DNA of 64,000 nt from Candidatus Poribacteria bacterium (GTDB lineage: Bacteria > Poribacteria > WGA-4E > JAJDTR01): the NCBI GenBank assembly GCA_965232535.1, contig CBDDPW010000007.1:21420-85419 (forward strand), in the 5' to 3' direction. Each line of letters begins with the position of its first letter. Position 1 is the first letter of the stretch. The notes under the pieces were generated by a model. It made no database searches, had not been told where the DNA came from, and saw nothing but the letters and a program-made list of their open reading frames with translations. Shown here piece by piece: positions 10,658 to 21,654 of this stretch. The position numbers were made by a program, and so were the translations under genes.

Positions 10658-10902
10658 GAACCTGTTTGAAAAGCACATTTGTAGGGTGTGCACTGCGCAC
10701 CAGCCTTTAAAAGCCTCAGCGGGGCGGAAGGTGTGTAGAAATGCCAGAACCCCGTGCACCTAAGCCCCAGCGGGGATCAAGCGAGTGGATAACGAGTGCG
10801 ATAGAGATCCCACAGGTATGTAGCAGCCAACATCAAATACATGAAGGAATTTCCTACAAATTACCAAAAAATGGCTTTGCTACCGATTATTCAAACAAGC
10901 CC
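10658..10902. mobile_element. MITE with IS5-like ends carrying REP hairpins
   Basis: Ends GAACCTGTTTGAA / TTCAAACAAGCCC; TAA duplicated on both sides; first ~120 bp homologous to 32643-32852. Confidence 0.8.
10775..10811 (+). repeat. 37-nt GATCAA hairpin micro-element inserted in a GCCCCAGCGGGGC REP
   Basis: GATCAAGCGAGTGGATAACGAGTGCGATAGAGATCCC interrupts GCCCCAGCGGGGCGACAGGT (intact at 42413-42432). Confidence 0.85.
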
Positions 10903-11091
10903 TAAGTATATTCGATTTCCGGGCAAATATCAATTTCTTTATCTATCTCACAAGTCAAGAAAGAGTTCGGCTCCCTGACACAAACGCTCCGTTAATCTAC
11001 TTCAAATACGTTAATAACGCCAACGCTCAGCGGAACATTATGGTCCTCAATACGCCTTTCAACATACTTAAATTTGACATCCTCATAGGGT

Positions 11092-11252
11092 CGTAGGTTG
11101 GGTTGAACGGGAATCCGTAAATGATCCTTAATTTTAGAGGAGTTTTCGAGTGTTCACTTTGCCTGAACGTATCAAATATTGAGTGAAACCCAACATAAAT
11201 CGTACGTCCTGCCGCGATGAGTCATTATCTATTTTTGGATGCGTTTCCCCTG
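11092..11252. repeat. Partial copy of the ISAs1-ended MITE at 59300-59535
   Basis: GTAGGTTGGGTTGAACGG...GAGTGAAACCCAACA...GATGCGTTTCCCCTG homologous to 59374-59535; left end unclear. Confidence 0.75.
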
Positions 11253-11270
11253 GTATTCACATGTCTAAAA

Positions 11271-11299
11271 TTGACATCCGCACAGTGTTGTAGTAATAT
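11271..11299 (+). promoter_or_regulatory. Candidate sigma70 promoter
   Basis: TTGACA-17-TAATAT upstream of the 11478 gene. Confidence 0.45.
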
Positions 11300-11477
11300 C
11301 CCGACTGACGAGAGACAATCGAAGATAACCTGGAACGCCTATACCCGACAAGAGGGTGCGAATTCTTCACTTTGACTTTGTGGGTGCTGCACGGTAATGT
11401 GTTTTGATGCGAACCGGCAACGACTATCTTCTTCAACGACTGAAATCTCATCAATTTCGCAGGCAGAGGAGAAACTG

Positions 11478-14400
11478 ATGTATCGCAATCTGTTGTTCTG
11501 TTTTCTTTACGCCATCGCCAATCTATCATACGCTAAACTCGGTGGAGCGGATTCAGCAGTCGACGCCCATTGGGGTTGCGGTACCCCGACGCTCATGTGC
11601 GAGCACGCTTCGCGACGACCGGTTGCCGCAGCACCGCAACAGCCGCACCTCCCCGCCGCGCCTGCCCCCAAAGTACACGTAGGAAAAACCGAACAATTCT
11701 TCACGCATATTCCGGAACAGCAAGTGGAAGGAACCTGTCTCGCCATCGGTGAGAACATCTATCTCTATATCGAAACCGCGTTCCAACACATGATGACTGC
11801 TGCCCAGGCGCGCGAGGTGGTCGCTGAATTTGATTCTCGGATTTATCCGCAAGTTCATCGCTGGATCGGTTTCGAATGGAGGCCCGGCCTGGATCTCGAC
11901 ACAAGGATAACCGTGCTAATGCACGATGTTGGCGCAAATAACTCGGGCAAGGATTTCGGAGGCTATTTCTCGTCGGTGGATCAAGATCCAACCGCACTTA
12001 ACAGCAACCACCGAGAAATGGTCTATATGGACATTTTCCAGTTTAGAGAGCGATCGCGCTTCACGTTCTATAACAGTTTAGCCCATGAATTGGCACATCT
12101 CGTCAACTGGTATCAGAACGGCGGAACGTCTGATGAACGTTGGATTGAAGAAGGGATTGCGTCGTTCGTCGAATGGGCAATATACAGAAATGTCCACGGT
12201 ATCTTCATCGACGGCTACTTTGAAGAGCCGGGAATCTCGCTGACCTCGGGGAATACGTTCGAAACATATTATGGCGCGTCCTTTACACTTCTGCTATATC
12301 TATTTGAACAGCACGGCGGCGAAAGGTTTATTCGCGAGTTCGCGCGCCAAGACCTCCTAGGCATACGTGGTATTGACGCAACATTAACATCATTGGGTAG
12401 AGCGGAGCGTTTCGCCGATGTTTTTCAGAATTGGGCGCTTGCGAATTTTGTTAACAACCTCTCGCGCGGAAAATCATTGGGTTACAAAAATCTACGGAAT
12501 CGACGGATTGTGGCGCCTATCCGCGAGGTATCAAGCTATCCGACTATCCGCTCCGCCGACGTAGAAAACTGGGGGGCACGGTACATCGTGTTTCGTAATC
12601 TGCCGAGCCGGATTGAAATCACTTTGGATGGCAGTGCAGATGGCAACTTACATGCCCAACTGGCCCTGTTACCGGTTCGAGGCGCCGCTTCCGTCCATTC
12701 GATAGTATTTGATGAGGATAACAACGGACGAATCGAGTTTAAGGACCTGAATTCCCGTGACCGAGTCGTTCTGATGGTAACCTCCACCGCTGCGCAATCG
12801 TTTCGTTACGCCGCTACTACAGATGGTACGTCCGGTATCGTTGTTGGCCCCCCTCGCGAACTGAATTCAATAATTGCAGTCCCAAAAGCAACTACCCACG
12901 CGCTCGGTAATCGATCCCAACCAAGCCACAAACGGACATTTGTAGATTTCAAACTAGAACCTGTATCACAAGTGCATTTGTCAAGCTATTACCAAGATCT
13001 CCTTGTCAATAAGGGATTGGCTTATGCAGTGAGCGACTGGGGATTGGAGATTTTCAATCTAGAGATCCCGAACCAGCCGCAATTGGTTGGCAAGATTCCA
13101 ACCCCGGGAAACGCGCAAGGCATCGCAATCAATGGCCCAATAGCTTACGTCGCGGACGGTGCGGCTGGTGTAACGCTCATTGATGTGCAGCGACCTGATA
13201 ATCCAATGTTGGTTAAGACTTTCGGAAGTTTCGAGAGCGCCCGCCGTATCAAGATTGCCAACGAAAAGGCATATGCGCTAGACATCAAAAAAGGGCTCCA
13301 AATCTACGAACTTGATGAAATTCATAATCAGCCAAATCCACAGCCAATTGGTTCCTTGCAAACAAGTGGATTTGCTTTGGATATAGAGGTAGATGGCGAC
13401 ACGGTATATTTTAGCGATGATAACCAAGGATTTCAGATTCTCGACTTCGAATTCATTAACATCCCTGCATTTGCGGGAATTGTTGACACACTCGCCCTCG
13501 ATTTCGAGGTTGTAGATGGATTCGCTTACCTCGCTTCGGGCGATATGCGGATTGTTGACGTGCGAGATCGCCTGAAACCGAAGGAAATCTCAACCATTAA
13601 AACGCCTGGATTTGCAACAAGTATTGAGTTTCTCGACGGGTATGCTTATCTCACCGACATCCAATCCGGGCTTTATGTGATTGACGTCCGTAATCGTCAT
13701 CAGCCGCGAACTGTTGCCATTCAACCAACTTCGGGAGACGCTATGGGCGTGAATCTATTCAAATCCGACGTGAATGAGACGTTTGGATACATCGCTGACG
13801 GAAATCGTGGTCTACAAGTGATTGACCTCAGCACACCCAATCGCCCTACGTGGTTGCATCGTTACGATGCCTCCGGCGAAGCCCACGGTATGGACATTGT
13901 GCACACGGAAGAGGGGGGTCGAATTGCCTACATCGCATGTGGGACGGGCGGGATAAAGATAGTGGAATTTGAGAATGCATTCGACGCCGTTTTTAGGCAT
14001 CGCGTACCAATTACGGGCACGGCAGTGGATGTTAGGGTTGAGAATGGACATGCCTACGTTACCGCGGGAGAAAGTGGTTTGATAATCATGGAAATCGGCA
14101 ACCCTGATAACCCACGAATGGTTTCACACATTCGGACGGCTGCGCCCGCTTGGGGGGTCGAAATCAGAGGTGGGTATGTATACTTGTGCGCTGACGATTT
14201 GATCGTAGTCGATAGCCGCGAACCGATGAACAGCCGCGTCGTCGCCCGGCGCTCTATGCCGGGAAGTGCCTATCGAATAGCAATCGTCGACAACCTCGGG
14301 TACGTGGCGGCTCTCGGCGGAGGGTTGCAAATCTTTGACGTTGAGAACCCTGCCAACCCCCGGGCGATAGGAAGTTACGAATCACAGGGGAACGCGACAA

Positions 14401-15092
14401 ATGTAACTGTCTTTGGTAATCGGGGTTATCTGTTGGACACGTTGGCAGGCGTACAAATCTTGGACTTGAGCAATCCTCGGCGTCCCGAATTCATTGCTGA
14501 ATATCAAACCGATGCGCTGCCGATTGCTGCGCAGATTCGTGGCGACTACCTCTTTCTGCTGGATCAGGAACGCGTACAGATTGTGGATGTACGAGACCGC
14601 AATCTGGTTTCGCGCCCGAACTTTCAAGCTGCGTTACGGTTCCCGTCCGACGTGGCTGTGGTCGGCGATGCCGTTTACGTCACGGATCGCCACGACCTTC
14701 GCATGTTCAAAATAAACGAACACCTCTTCGAACTTTCAGTAGAAGACCCCACCGTATTCCGCAAACCGCCAAGTATGGCAAGAAATTCCATCCCACTTTA
14801 CATAAACCGACTCGGACAGAACTTCCCGAATCCGTTCAATCCTGAAACATGGATACCTTACGAGATTGAATCAGACGCGCAAGTGACAATTCAGATCCTT
14901 GACACCCGCGGCTTATTGGTCCGCCAACTTGGTATAGGGCATCAAAAGGCTGGAGAATACCTCACGCGTGAAGACGCGGCGTATTGGGATGGTAAAAATG
15001 AAGAGGGAGAGTTGATCGCAAGCGGGGTATATTTTTATCAGATTTTAGCGGGTGATTTTGCTGCTACGCGAAAAATGGCAATCTTAAAATAG
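11478..15092 (+). CDS. Secreted Zn metallopeptidase (HEXXH) with LVIVD repeats and C-terminal sorting-like domain
   Basis: ATG 11478 after GAGGAG; AHELAHL...WIEEG; many AYVADGxxGLxIxD repeats; QNFPNPFNPETWIPY. Confidence 0.85.
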   Translation: MYRNLLFCFLYAIANLSYAKLGGADSAVDAHWGCGTPTLMCEHASRRPVAAAPQQPHLPAAPAPKVHVGKTEQFFTHIPEQQVEGTCLAIGENIYLYIETAFQHMMTAAQAREVVAEFDSRIYPQVHRWIGFEWRPGLDLDTRITVLMHDVGANNSGKDFGGYFSSVDQDPTALNSNHREMVYMDIFQFRERSRFTFYNSLAHELAHLVNWYQNGGTSDERWIEEGIASFVEWAIYRNVHGIFIDGYFEEPGISLTSGNTFETYYGASFTLLLYLFEQHGGERFIREFARQDLLGIRGIDATLTSLGRAERFADVFQNWALANFVNNLSRGKSLGYKNLRNRRIVAPIREVSSYPTIRSADVENWGARYIVFRNLPSRIEITLDGSADGNLHAQLALLPVRGAASVHSIVFDEDNNGRIEFKDLNSRDRVVLMVTSTAAQSFRYAATTDGTSGIVVGPPRELNSIIAVPKATTHALGNRSQPSHKRTFVDFKLEPVSQVHLSSYYQDLLVNKGLAYAVSDWGLEIFNLEIPNQPQLVGKIPTPGNAQGIAINGPIAYVADGAAGVTLIDVQRPDNPMLVKTFGSFESARRIKIANEKAYALDIKKGLQIYELDEIHNQPNPQPIGSLQTSGFALDIEVDGDTVYFSDDNQGFQILDFEFINIPAFAGIVDTLALDFEVVDGFAYLASGDMRIVDVRDRLKPKEISTIKTPGFATSIEFLDGYAYLTDIQSGLYVIDVRNRHQPRTVAIQPTSGDAMGVNLFKSDVNETFGYIADGNRGLQVIDLSTPNRPTWLHRYDASGEAHGMDIVHTEEGGRIAYIACGTGGIKIVEFENAFDAVFRHRVPITGTAVDVRVENGHAYVTAGESGLIIMEIGNPDNPRMVSHIRTAAPAWGVEIRGGYVYLCADDLIVVDSREPMNSRVVARRSMPGSAYRIAIVDNLGYVAALGGGLQIFDVENPANPRAIGSYESQGNATNVTVFGNRGYLLDTLAGVQILDLSNPRRPEFIAEYQTDALPIAAQIRGDYLFLLDQERVQIVDVRDRNLVSRPNFQAALRFPSDVAVVGDAVYVTDRHDLRMFKINEHLFELSVEDPTVFRKPPSMARNSIPLYINRLGQNFPNPFNPETWIPYEIESDAQVTIQILDTRGLLVRQLGIGHQKAGEYLTREDAAYWDGKNEEGELIASGVYFYQILAGDFAATRKMAILK

Positions 15093-15198
15093 TATCCGAC
15101 GAGGGGTTGGTTTTTAGATTCTTTTTGTACTGAGTTCGCCTCTCCTTTCAGAGTCCAACTATCTGGCGTAGGGCAGCAGCGATTGGTATATCCCAGAT

Positions 15199-16077
15199 TT
15201 ACCGCCCCGATTCCTTTACCTCTGAATCAGGTGTCAGGTCCCACAACAGAATCGTGCCATCCAGACTACCGCTCGCAAGTACGGACCCGTCATGGGAAAA
15301 CGCGAGAGAATAAACTGGCCACGTGTGTCCTTTTAGTACACGTAGACCTTCGCCAGAGTGGGCGTCCCACAAGCGAACTGTGATGACCTGAAATGCTCCA
15401 CCACTGGCTAGTATTTTCCCATCGTAAGAAAATGCCACGGAAACAACAGCATCTGCATGCCCCTTCAGTGTCTGAAGGTATTTTCCAGTATCAGCGTTCC
15501 ATAAACGTACAGTGTTGTCCTCAAGTCCCGCGGCAATTACACGTGCAGACTCATCGGGGGAAAAAGTGAGACAGTAAACAGCGACCGCGTGTTCTTCAAA
15601 CGCCCGGAAACTTTCTCTCGTTTGTATGTCCCAAATATGAATCCCACCCTCCAGACCGCCGCATGCGAGAACATCCCCTGTAGGGGAAAACTCTAGACAT
15701 GAAATAAAACCTTTGAATTCCTCAAGAATCTTCAGATTTTCGCCGGTACGAGAGTCCCACAGACGAACTGTCCTGTCCCAACTCCCACTGGCAAGAGTTA
15801 GTCCATCGGGAGAAAATGCAAGTTCAGAAACTTCGCCAGTGTGCCCCTTCATTGTGAATAAGTTCTCACCTGTGTGAAAGTCCCATATCCGAATCGCATT
15901 ATCTCGAGCCGTGCTTGCCAGCATGTTAATATCTGGGGAGATCGCCATAGATCCGTACCGTGATCGATGTATTTCAAATCGTCGTAACATTTTCCCCGCG
16001 CGATGATCCCAAAGATAAACCACACCATCGCGGCCTCCGGCAACTAACTTATCCCCATCCGCAGAGAAAATAGACAT
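15199..16077 (-). pseudogene. WD40 repeat protein, 5'-truncated by IS; current ATG lies inside the IS terminal repeat
   Basis: GH...FSPDG...LASGS.D..VRLWD repeats; frame begins mid-repeat exactly at the IS end. Confidence 0.75.
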
Positions 16078-17054
16078 CTTTCCAAAATAGATTCATGTAG
16101 TTACAGTAATCTTAGAGATTAGAATAACTACACCGTTTGGCAACTTGTCGAGCAATATCTCAGGTTCACAATGGCAGCAATCACATTCCACGTTTTCCCA
16201 TAGTTGCGATGTTTGCCTCGATAGATGTCTTTGGTAATGCGAAAAATCTTACACCGTCTAACGATGTGCTCAATGGCAACTCTTTGGGTTGCCAACCGTC
16301 GGTTGAATTGCTTCGCCTCCCGAGTCAAAGGCTTGCTCTGATATGCCTTGATGGGCGTTGAACTGTTGGCATACCGTTTGGCTATCCCCTGATAACCACT
16401 GTCAGCCAACTTCTCAGTGTCAGGAGAAATCGCTACACGGCTTTCCTTCAGGATTCTAAAATCGTGTACACTCCCTTTGCGGCAAACAACCGATAATAGT
16501 TCTAACATCGCCAAACATGCAATCAATTGAACTTTTATGGGTTTTTTTTACCGCTGTAGTAGGCACGCTGTCTTCTTGTTGGACGTTCAATCGGTTGCTC
16601 GGTGGCATCAATGATGATGGTTTGGAGATTGCTCTCTAATAAGTGCTTTCGGTTCTTCAGCGAAAGCACCTTAACTAACACATCAAGTATCTGATGATAG
16701 AGTTTGTTTGCATAAGATTCACTGATACCAAACTCCATGCCTAATCTGGCAAAGGTTGGATAGTGGCGCATATAGGTGAATGTCAACAGAAGGCGATCGG
16801 TCAATGCCACCTCCGATTTCTTTCCTCGTTTCTTCATCGGTCGTTCTTCTCGAAGGTTTTCGAGGTAAGCAGCCACACGCTCCAAAATAAGGTTGAAAGC
16901 TGCCTTGTCAATACCAACCGCTCGCAGAAATTGATCATCTGACAACTTTACTGCTTTTTCAAATTGACTCATGGGTATCCTTTCTACAACAGAAGATGTT
17001 GAAAGGATATAACGGAGAATCAAGCCAAATGGGTGCTTATTTTGGAAAGATGTC
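16073..17054 (-). mobile_element. IS5-family insertion sequence (ISL2-like)
   Basis: TIR GACATCTTTCCAAAATA at both ends, flanked by TA. Confidence 0.9.
16128..16972 (-). CDS. IS5-family DDE transposase split over two frames (-1 shift at A8 run 16542-16549)
   Basis: IIDATEQPIERP, YYSGKK, ADSGYQG, RVAIEH motifs. The junction reads GKKKPIKVQ, apparently missing the usual His, so it may be defective. Confidence 0.85.
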
Positions 17055-18119
17055 TATTACACAAAGTCAAAGAAGGCAACTTTTTATGGTGATTTTGTGC
17101 CCTTAACTGATGTGGAAATGGAAGAACAATTTCCTGATATAGACGAAAATAGACGCCGGTACAATACCGACGTACCCATTTTTCGTGCACCCTCGATGGG
17201 CGATCGCCCTAACCTCTGTTATGAATACAAAGGGGTTACGAACCCGCATCCGTCAGGTTGGCGTGTAGAACGAGCAAAATTACAAGCGATGGACGATGCT
17301 GGTGATATTATTTGGAGAACCGGCAAGACACCTTTACGGAAGTCTTACGCTGACGAATACAAAGGAAAGCCTGTCGGCTCTTTATGGACTGATATACCAC
17401 CTGCTGCAGGTGCAGAATATCTTGGTTATCAAACTCAAAAACCCCTTGCGTTGTTAAATCGTATCGTAAAAGCAAGTAGTAACCCTGGTGATGTTGTGTT
17501 TGATCCGTTCTGCGGGTGCGGCACTACGGTTTACTCTGCGCACCTCAACGATCGGCAATGGATAGGTTGTGACATTGCGGTGTTGTCTTTGCATTTAATG
17601 CGTGATGTGCTTTACAAGCGGTACGATCTTCAAGAAAACATCCATTATCAAGTGTCTGGCGTTCCCACCAGCATCGACGGGGCACACGAATTGTCCAAGC
17701 GAGACCCGCACCAGTTTCAGATTTGGGCGATAACCCTAGCGGGCGGTTTCTGTTCGTCCAAAAAGAGTGACGACAAAGGTGTGGACGGGCGCATATATTT
17801 TGTGCCAGACCTTGAAATGCAGAATATGGTCATATCGGTAAAGGGCGGCAAAACTGTTAATCCCGCACAAATCAGAGAACTACGGGGCACACTAGAACGT
17901 GAAAACTGCTTGATGGCAGGTTTCATTTGTTTGTCCAATCCCACAAAAGGAATGATACGAGAAGCCAACGAAGCCGGAGAAATAGAGCTTGAAGGAATCC
18001 AATATCCACGTTTGCAAATACGAACTATTCAGCAATTATTAGACGGCACTGGATTCGATACTCCAGTCCATGCAACTACATTGAATTGGGGAGACCAACT
18101 GAATTTGTTTTCCCAATAA
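17055..18119 (+). pseudogene. DNA methyltransferase / PD-(D/E)XK restriction endonuclease fusion, 5'-truncated at the IS
   Basis: GYQTQKPLALL, DPFCGCGTT (motif I), DKGVDG...ISVKGG; the frame starts at YYTKS at the IS end and has no DPPY/F catalytic motif. Confidence 0.8.
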
Positions 18120-18187
18120 TACCTCTTTTTCTCTTGTATGTCAAGTCAAAAACTTGTAATTCCGTTGATTTATACCTGCTACCCATC

Positions 18188-19921
18188 CTAATTCTCCGCT
18201 TCAAGGCTTTCCAAACCTTTTCCCTCTGTTGCTATCAGGAACCGGTTGCTCCGAACATCTTTATAGTGTTCAATCAAACCGCTAGGCCAGCGGATTTCAA
18301 CATATTCAGCCGCAGCGGACTCGCCTAGTCCGAAATGCAAGCGCATGTCACTATGGGAAGGATAGCTTCCGCCGCTCTTGACCTCGCGCATCTGCACGCT
18401 TCCGCCCGCGGATACCTTGATGCGCGTTCCGATTCCGCTTCGGTTGCTCCTCGTGCCAACGGCAGTAAAAACGAGCCAGCGGTTATTGTTCGCTGTGTCG
18501 TTCCGCAGGAGGTCGGGAGTTTGATTGGAGTTGGTGATAAGAATATCAACATCACCGTCGTTGTCAAAATCTCCAAAAGCCGCGCCGCGGCTTACTCTTT
18601 TCAGCAGCAACCCGTCGCCCGACAAATCGGACACATCGTCGAATGTACGATCGCCTCGGTTCAAAAAAAGCTGATTTTGCTGCGAGTATGTAGTCGTTGG
18701 GTTTAGGAGCTGCACATTTTCTTCCAAGTGTCCCGTTGCTACAAAGAGATCCAGCCAACCGTCACTATCTAAATCGGCGAAGTCCGCGCCCCAAGCGAGG
18801 CGTGTTAAGCTTGGACCGCCGATGCCCGAGCGATAGGTGATATCGGAGAAAAAGCCGTCCCCATCATTGTAATAGACGCTGTTGGGTTCGTCCTGAAAGT
18901 TGGTTATCGCCAGATCGAACCATCCGTTGTTGTCGATATCTCCAAAGACCGGCGCCATGCTAGAGTAGGGAGCCCCCATCTCGTTAAGCGCAACCCCGCT
19001 CGTGAGTCCGACGTCTTTGAATGTGCCATCCCCTTCGTTGCGGTATAACCAGTCTTCGACCTTATCGTTGGCAACAAAGAGGTCAAGATCGGCGTCGTTG
19101 TCGTAATCGCACCAAATCACTCCCATCCCTTTGCCGTTCGGATTCCATACTCCCGATTTCTCGGTAACATCGGTAAAGGTGCCATCTCCACTATTTCGAT
19201 ACAACACACTTGCCGTCCCTTGGAAGGCTCCGGGACCACAGTGTGTTCGTACACCTATCGTGCCGCACTCCGGATTGCTGTCAACCTCGAACTGAACGTA
19301 GTTTGCTACAAATAGGTCCAAGTATCCATCATTATCATAGTCCGCAAAGGCGGACGACGCTCCCCACAATGAATCTCCAACCCCTGCTTGCGCCGTAACA
19401 TCGGAGAAGGTACCGTTGCCATTGTTTTGATACAGAACGTTCGCTCCGAAATTCGTAATGTAAAGATCGGGAAATCCGTTGTTATCGTAATCTCCCACGG
19501 CACAACTGAAACCGTAACCCGAGTCTCCCACGCCCGCGTCATCGGTTACATTCGTAAACGTGCCGTCGCCATTATTCCGGAAAAGGGCATTTGTTGGCGG
19601 AACGTCGGATTTCATGCCCGGCAGGTCTGCTCCGTTGACAAAGTAGATATCAATATCGCCGTCTTGATCGTAATCGAACCATGCGGCACCTGATCCGAGC
19701 GTTTCGAGAAAGTAATGCGCGCCGCTTCTGCCGTCTTCGTGGTGAAAGCGGATACCTGTCGTCGCGGTAACATCTGTGAATCGCAATTGTGCGTCTGCGA
19801 TAGCACTCGAAAAAGATAGAATTACAATTACGGCGGCGGAAATCTTTAAATATGGAGAGTGGAAGACGAAGAACACCGAATGATGTTGAATGGATAGAGT
19901 CGCTCGACTTCGACAGCTCAC
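18188..19921 (-). CDS. CRTAC1 / ASPIC-UnbV family protein with FG-GAP repeats
   Basis: Repeated DYDNDGxLDLFVAN; C-terminal GGSYPSHSDMRLHFGLG. Confidence 0.9.
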   Translation of the reverse strand: MSCRSRATLSIQHHSVFFVFHSPYLKISAAVIVILSFSSAIADAQLRFTDVTATTGIRFHHEDGRSGAHYFLETLGSGAAWFDYDQDGDIDIYFVNGADLPGMKSDVPPTNALFRNNGDGTFTNVTDDAGVGDSGYGFSCAVGDYDNNGFPDLYITNFGANVLYQNNGNGTFSDVTAQAGVGDSLWGASSAFADYDNDGYLDLFVANYVQFEVDSNPECGTIGVRTHCGPGAFQGTASVLYRNSGDGTFTDVTEKSGVWNPNGKGMGVIWCDYDNDADLDLFVANDKVEDWLYRNEGDGTFKDVGLTSGVALNEMGAPYSSMAPVFGDIDNNGWFDLAITNFQDEPNSVYYNDGDGFFSDITYRSGIGGPSLTRLAWGADFADLDSDGWLDLFVATGHLEENVQLLNPTTTYSQQNQLFLNRGDRTFDDVSDLSGDGLLLKRVSRGAAFGDFDNDGDVDILITNSNQTPDLLRNDTANNNRWLVFTAVGTRSNRSGIGTRIKVSAGGSVQMREVKSGGSYPSHSDMRLHFGLGESAAAEYVEIRWPSGLIEHYKDVRSNRFLIATEGKGLESLEAEN

Positions 19922-21654
19922 TTTCCGACCTTTTTTCCACCGTCTTCGGACTGTTTGGCTTTCCGGATAACTTTCAGCCCTTCACTATAAAGTTGATTGT
20001 CAGGATCCAGTGTTAACGCTTTTATTACCGATGTTTCCGCTTTTTCGTAGTCTTTGCCGAGGAAATGGAGCCATGAGAGCGTGTTGTAGTACACTGCGGA
20101 ATCGGGCTTGAGGTCAATTGCTTTTTCTGCATATTGAATTGCTTTTTCAAGAAGAATTCCACGCGATCCATACAGATGTGCAAGTCGCTCGTAGGCATTG
20201 GCCGAAGACGGTTCTAGCTCAATAACGCGAAGGTAGGCGCTCTCTGCCTTCTCATATTCATGCCGAGCATAGTGGACAGCCCCCAAGTAGAAGTATGCGT
20301 CGCTGAAGTTAGCGTCAGCCTTGAGAATCTCCTCGAATTGACGGCTCGCCCGGGTGAGATTGCCTTCTTGGAAGTAAGCCTTTCCGATGGCAACGCGGAT
20401 AACGATTGGAACTGGTAGCTTGGGGTTTAGTTCGATTCCTCTGCGGCAGGATGAAACAGCACGCTCATAGTCGGATCTGTCGCCTGAACTGTCAGCGCGA
20501 GTAAGTAAGATTAACCCTTTGGTAATGTAAGCCTCCGCCATATTCGGTTCTAACTCAATTGCCTTTCCTAGTACTTCAAGTGCGTCATCGAGACGCCCCA
20601 GCCCGACATAGGCGCGACCCAACCCACTATACGCCTTTGCAAGGCGCGGATTATGCCAGAGCGCCTTTTGAAACTCTCGACTGGCTTCGGCATACTTTTC
20701 CTCTTGCATATATTTTCTCGCCAGTCCAAATAGGGTAATTGCTGCGTCCGGTGCCTCTCTGATCATGGTATGTCGTGCACCCAACCGGGCATAGGCAGTT
20801 TTCATACGTTGGAATTCCTCCAATTCTCTAGTGGCTTCCGTCGTTTTGCCCAACTTGAGATACCCTCGTGCCAATTGATAGTGTGCCGCCGGCATCTCGG
20901 GCCTTAGCCGGATTGCTTCACGCAGAACGCGTACCGATTCTTCCCATCGCTTGTCTTTATTGTACGCGACCCCGAGTTCGAAATATACCTCGGCTAGAGG
21001 AGGACCTGTTTCGATAGCTTGGCGCCAGAATTCCTGGGCTGTATCAAGACTCCCCCGCTGTGATTCGATAAGACCGAGAAAATAAAAGACATTGGCTGCA
21101 GACGGCTTAAGATTCCATCCGTAACCCCCTGTTCCGTACGAAGGTACTAGCACGTCGTATCTGTAAGATTGCGGCTTCTGCATCAGATTCAGCGCTTTAT
21201 TGAAGGCAATCTCGGCAGCATCAAGATTGTGACGTTCGAAATGTGACATCCCCAAAACATGGTGCGCCGCACTCCAGCCCGGTAACTGTTCAAGCGCTCG
21301 CTGAAAGACCTCGATGGCTTCTTCGTATCTTGCTTGCAGGAAATATACTCCCCCTAGCCAATAGTATCCACTTGGGGCATGTGGATCGAGACGCACTACA
21401 TTCTTAAACTCAGCTTCAGCCTGCTGCATGGAACCAAGTTCCAAATAAGCGAATCCGAGATTCAGGTGCGCGGATGTCGATGTAGGATTCTCATCAACTG
21501 ATTGCTTGGCTTGTGTTACCGTCTCTATGAGATCAACCTCAAGTTTTTCTTGTGCGGCACTTAAACAAGAGGAACCTAGGATTCCGATTAGAATCAGCCG
21601 TAAGGTCCAAACGAAATTCGGAGTTCTGATGTGCGCGTGGTAATATGAGTACAT
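19918..21654 (-). CDS. Tetratricopeptide repeat protein
   Basis: Multiple TPR units (AHLNLGFAY, AYFYLGAVH); overlaps the CRTAC1 start by 4 nt. Confidence 0.9.
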   Translation of the reverse strand: MYSYYHAHIRTPNFVWTLRLILIGILGSSCLSAAQEKLEVDLIETVTQAKQSVDENPTSTSAHLNLGFAYLELGSMQQAEAEFKNVVRLDPHAPSGYYWLGGVYFLQARYEEAIEVFQRALEQLPGWSAAHHVLGMSHFERHNLDAAEIAFNKALNLMQKPQSYRYDVLVPSYGTGGYGWNLKPSAANVFYFLGLIESQRGSLDTAQEFWRQAIETGPPLAEVYFELGVAYNKDKRWEESVRVLREAIRLRPEMPAAHYQLARGYLKLGKTTEATRELEEFQRMKTAYARLGARHTMIREAPDAAITLFGLARKYMQEEKYAEASREFQKALWHNPRLAKAYSGLGRAYVGLGRLDDALEVLGKAIELEPNMAEAYITKGLILLTRADSSGDRSDYERAVSSCRRGIELNPKLPVPIVIRVAIGKAYFQEGNLTRASRQFEEILKADANFSDAYFYLGAVHYARHEYEKAESAYLRVIELEPSSANAYERLAHLYGSRGILLEKAIQYAEKAIDLKPDSAVYYNTLSWLHFLGKDYEKAETSVIKALTLDPDNQLYSEGLKVIRKAKQSEDGGKKVGK

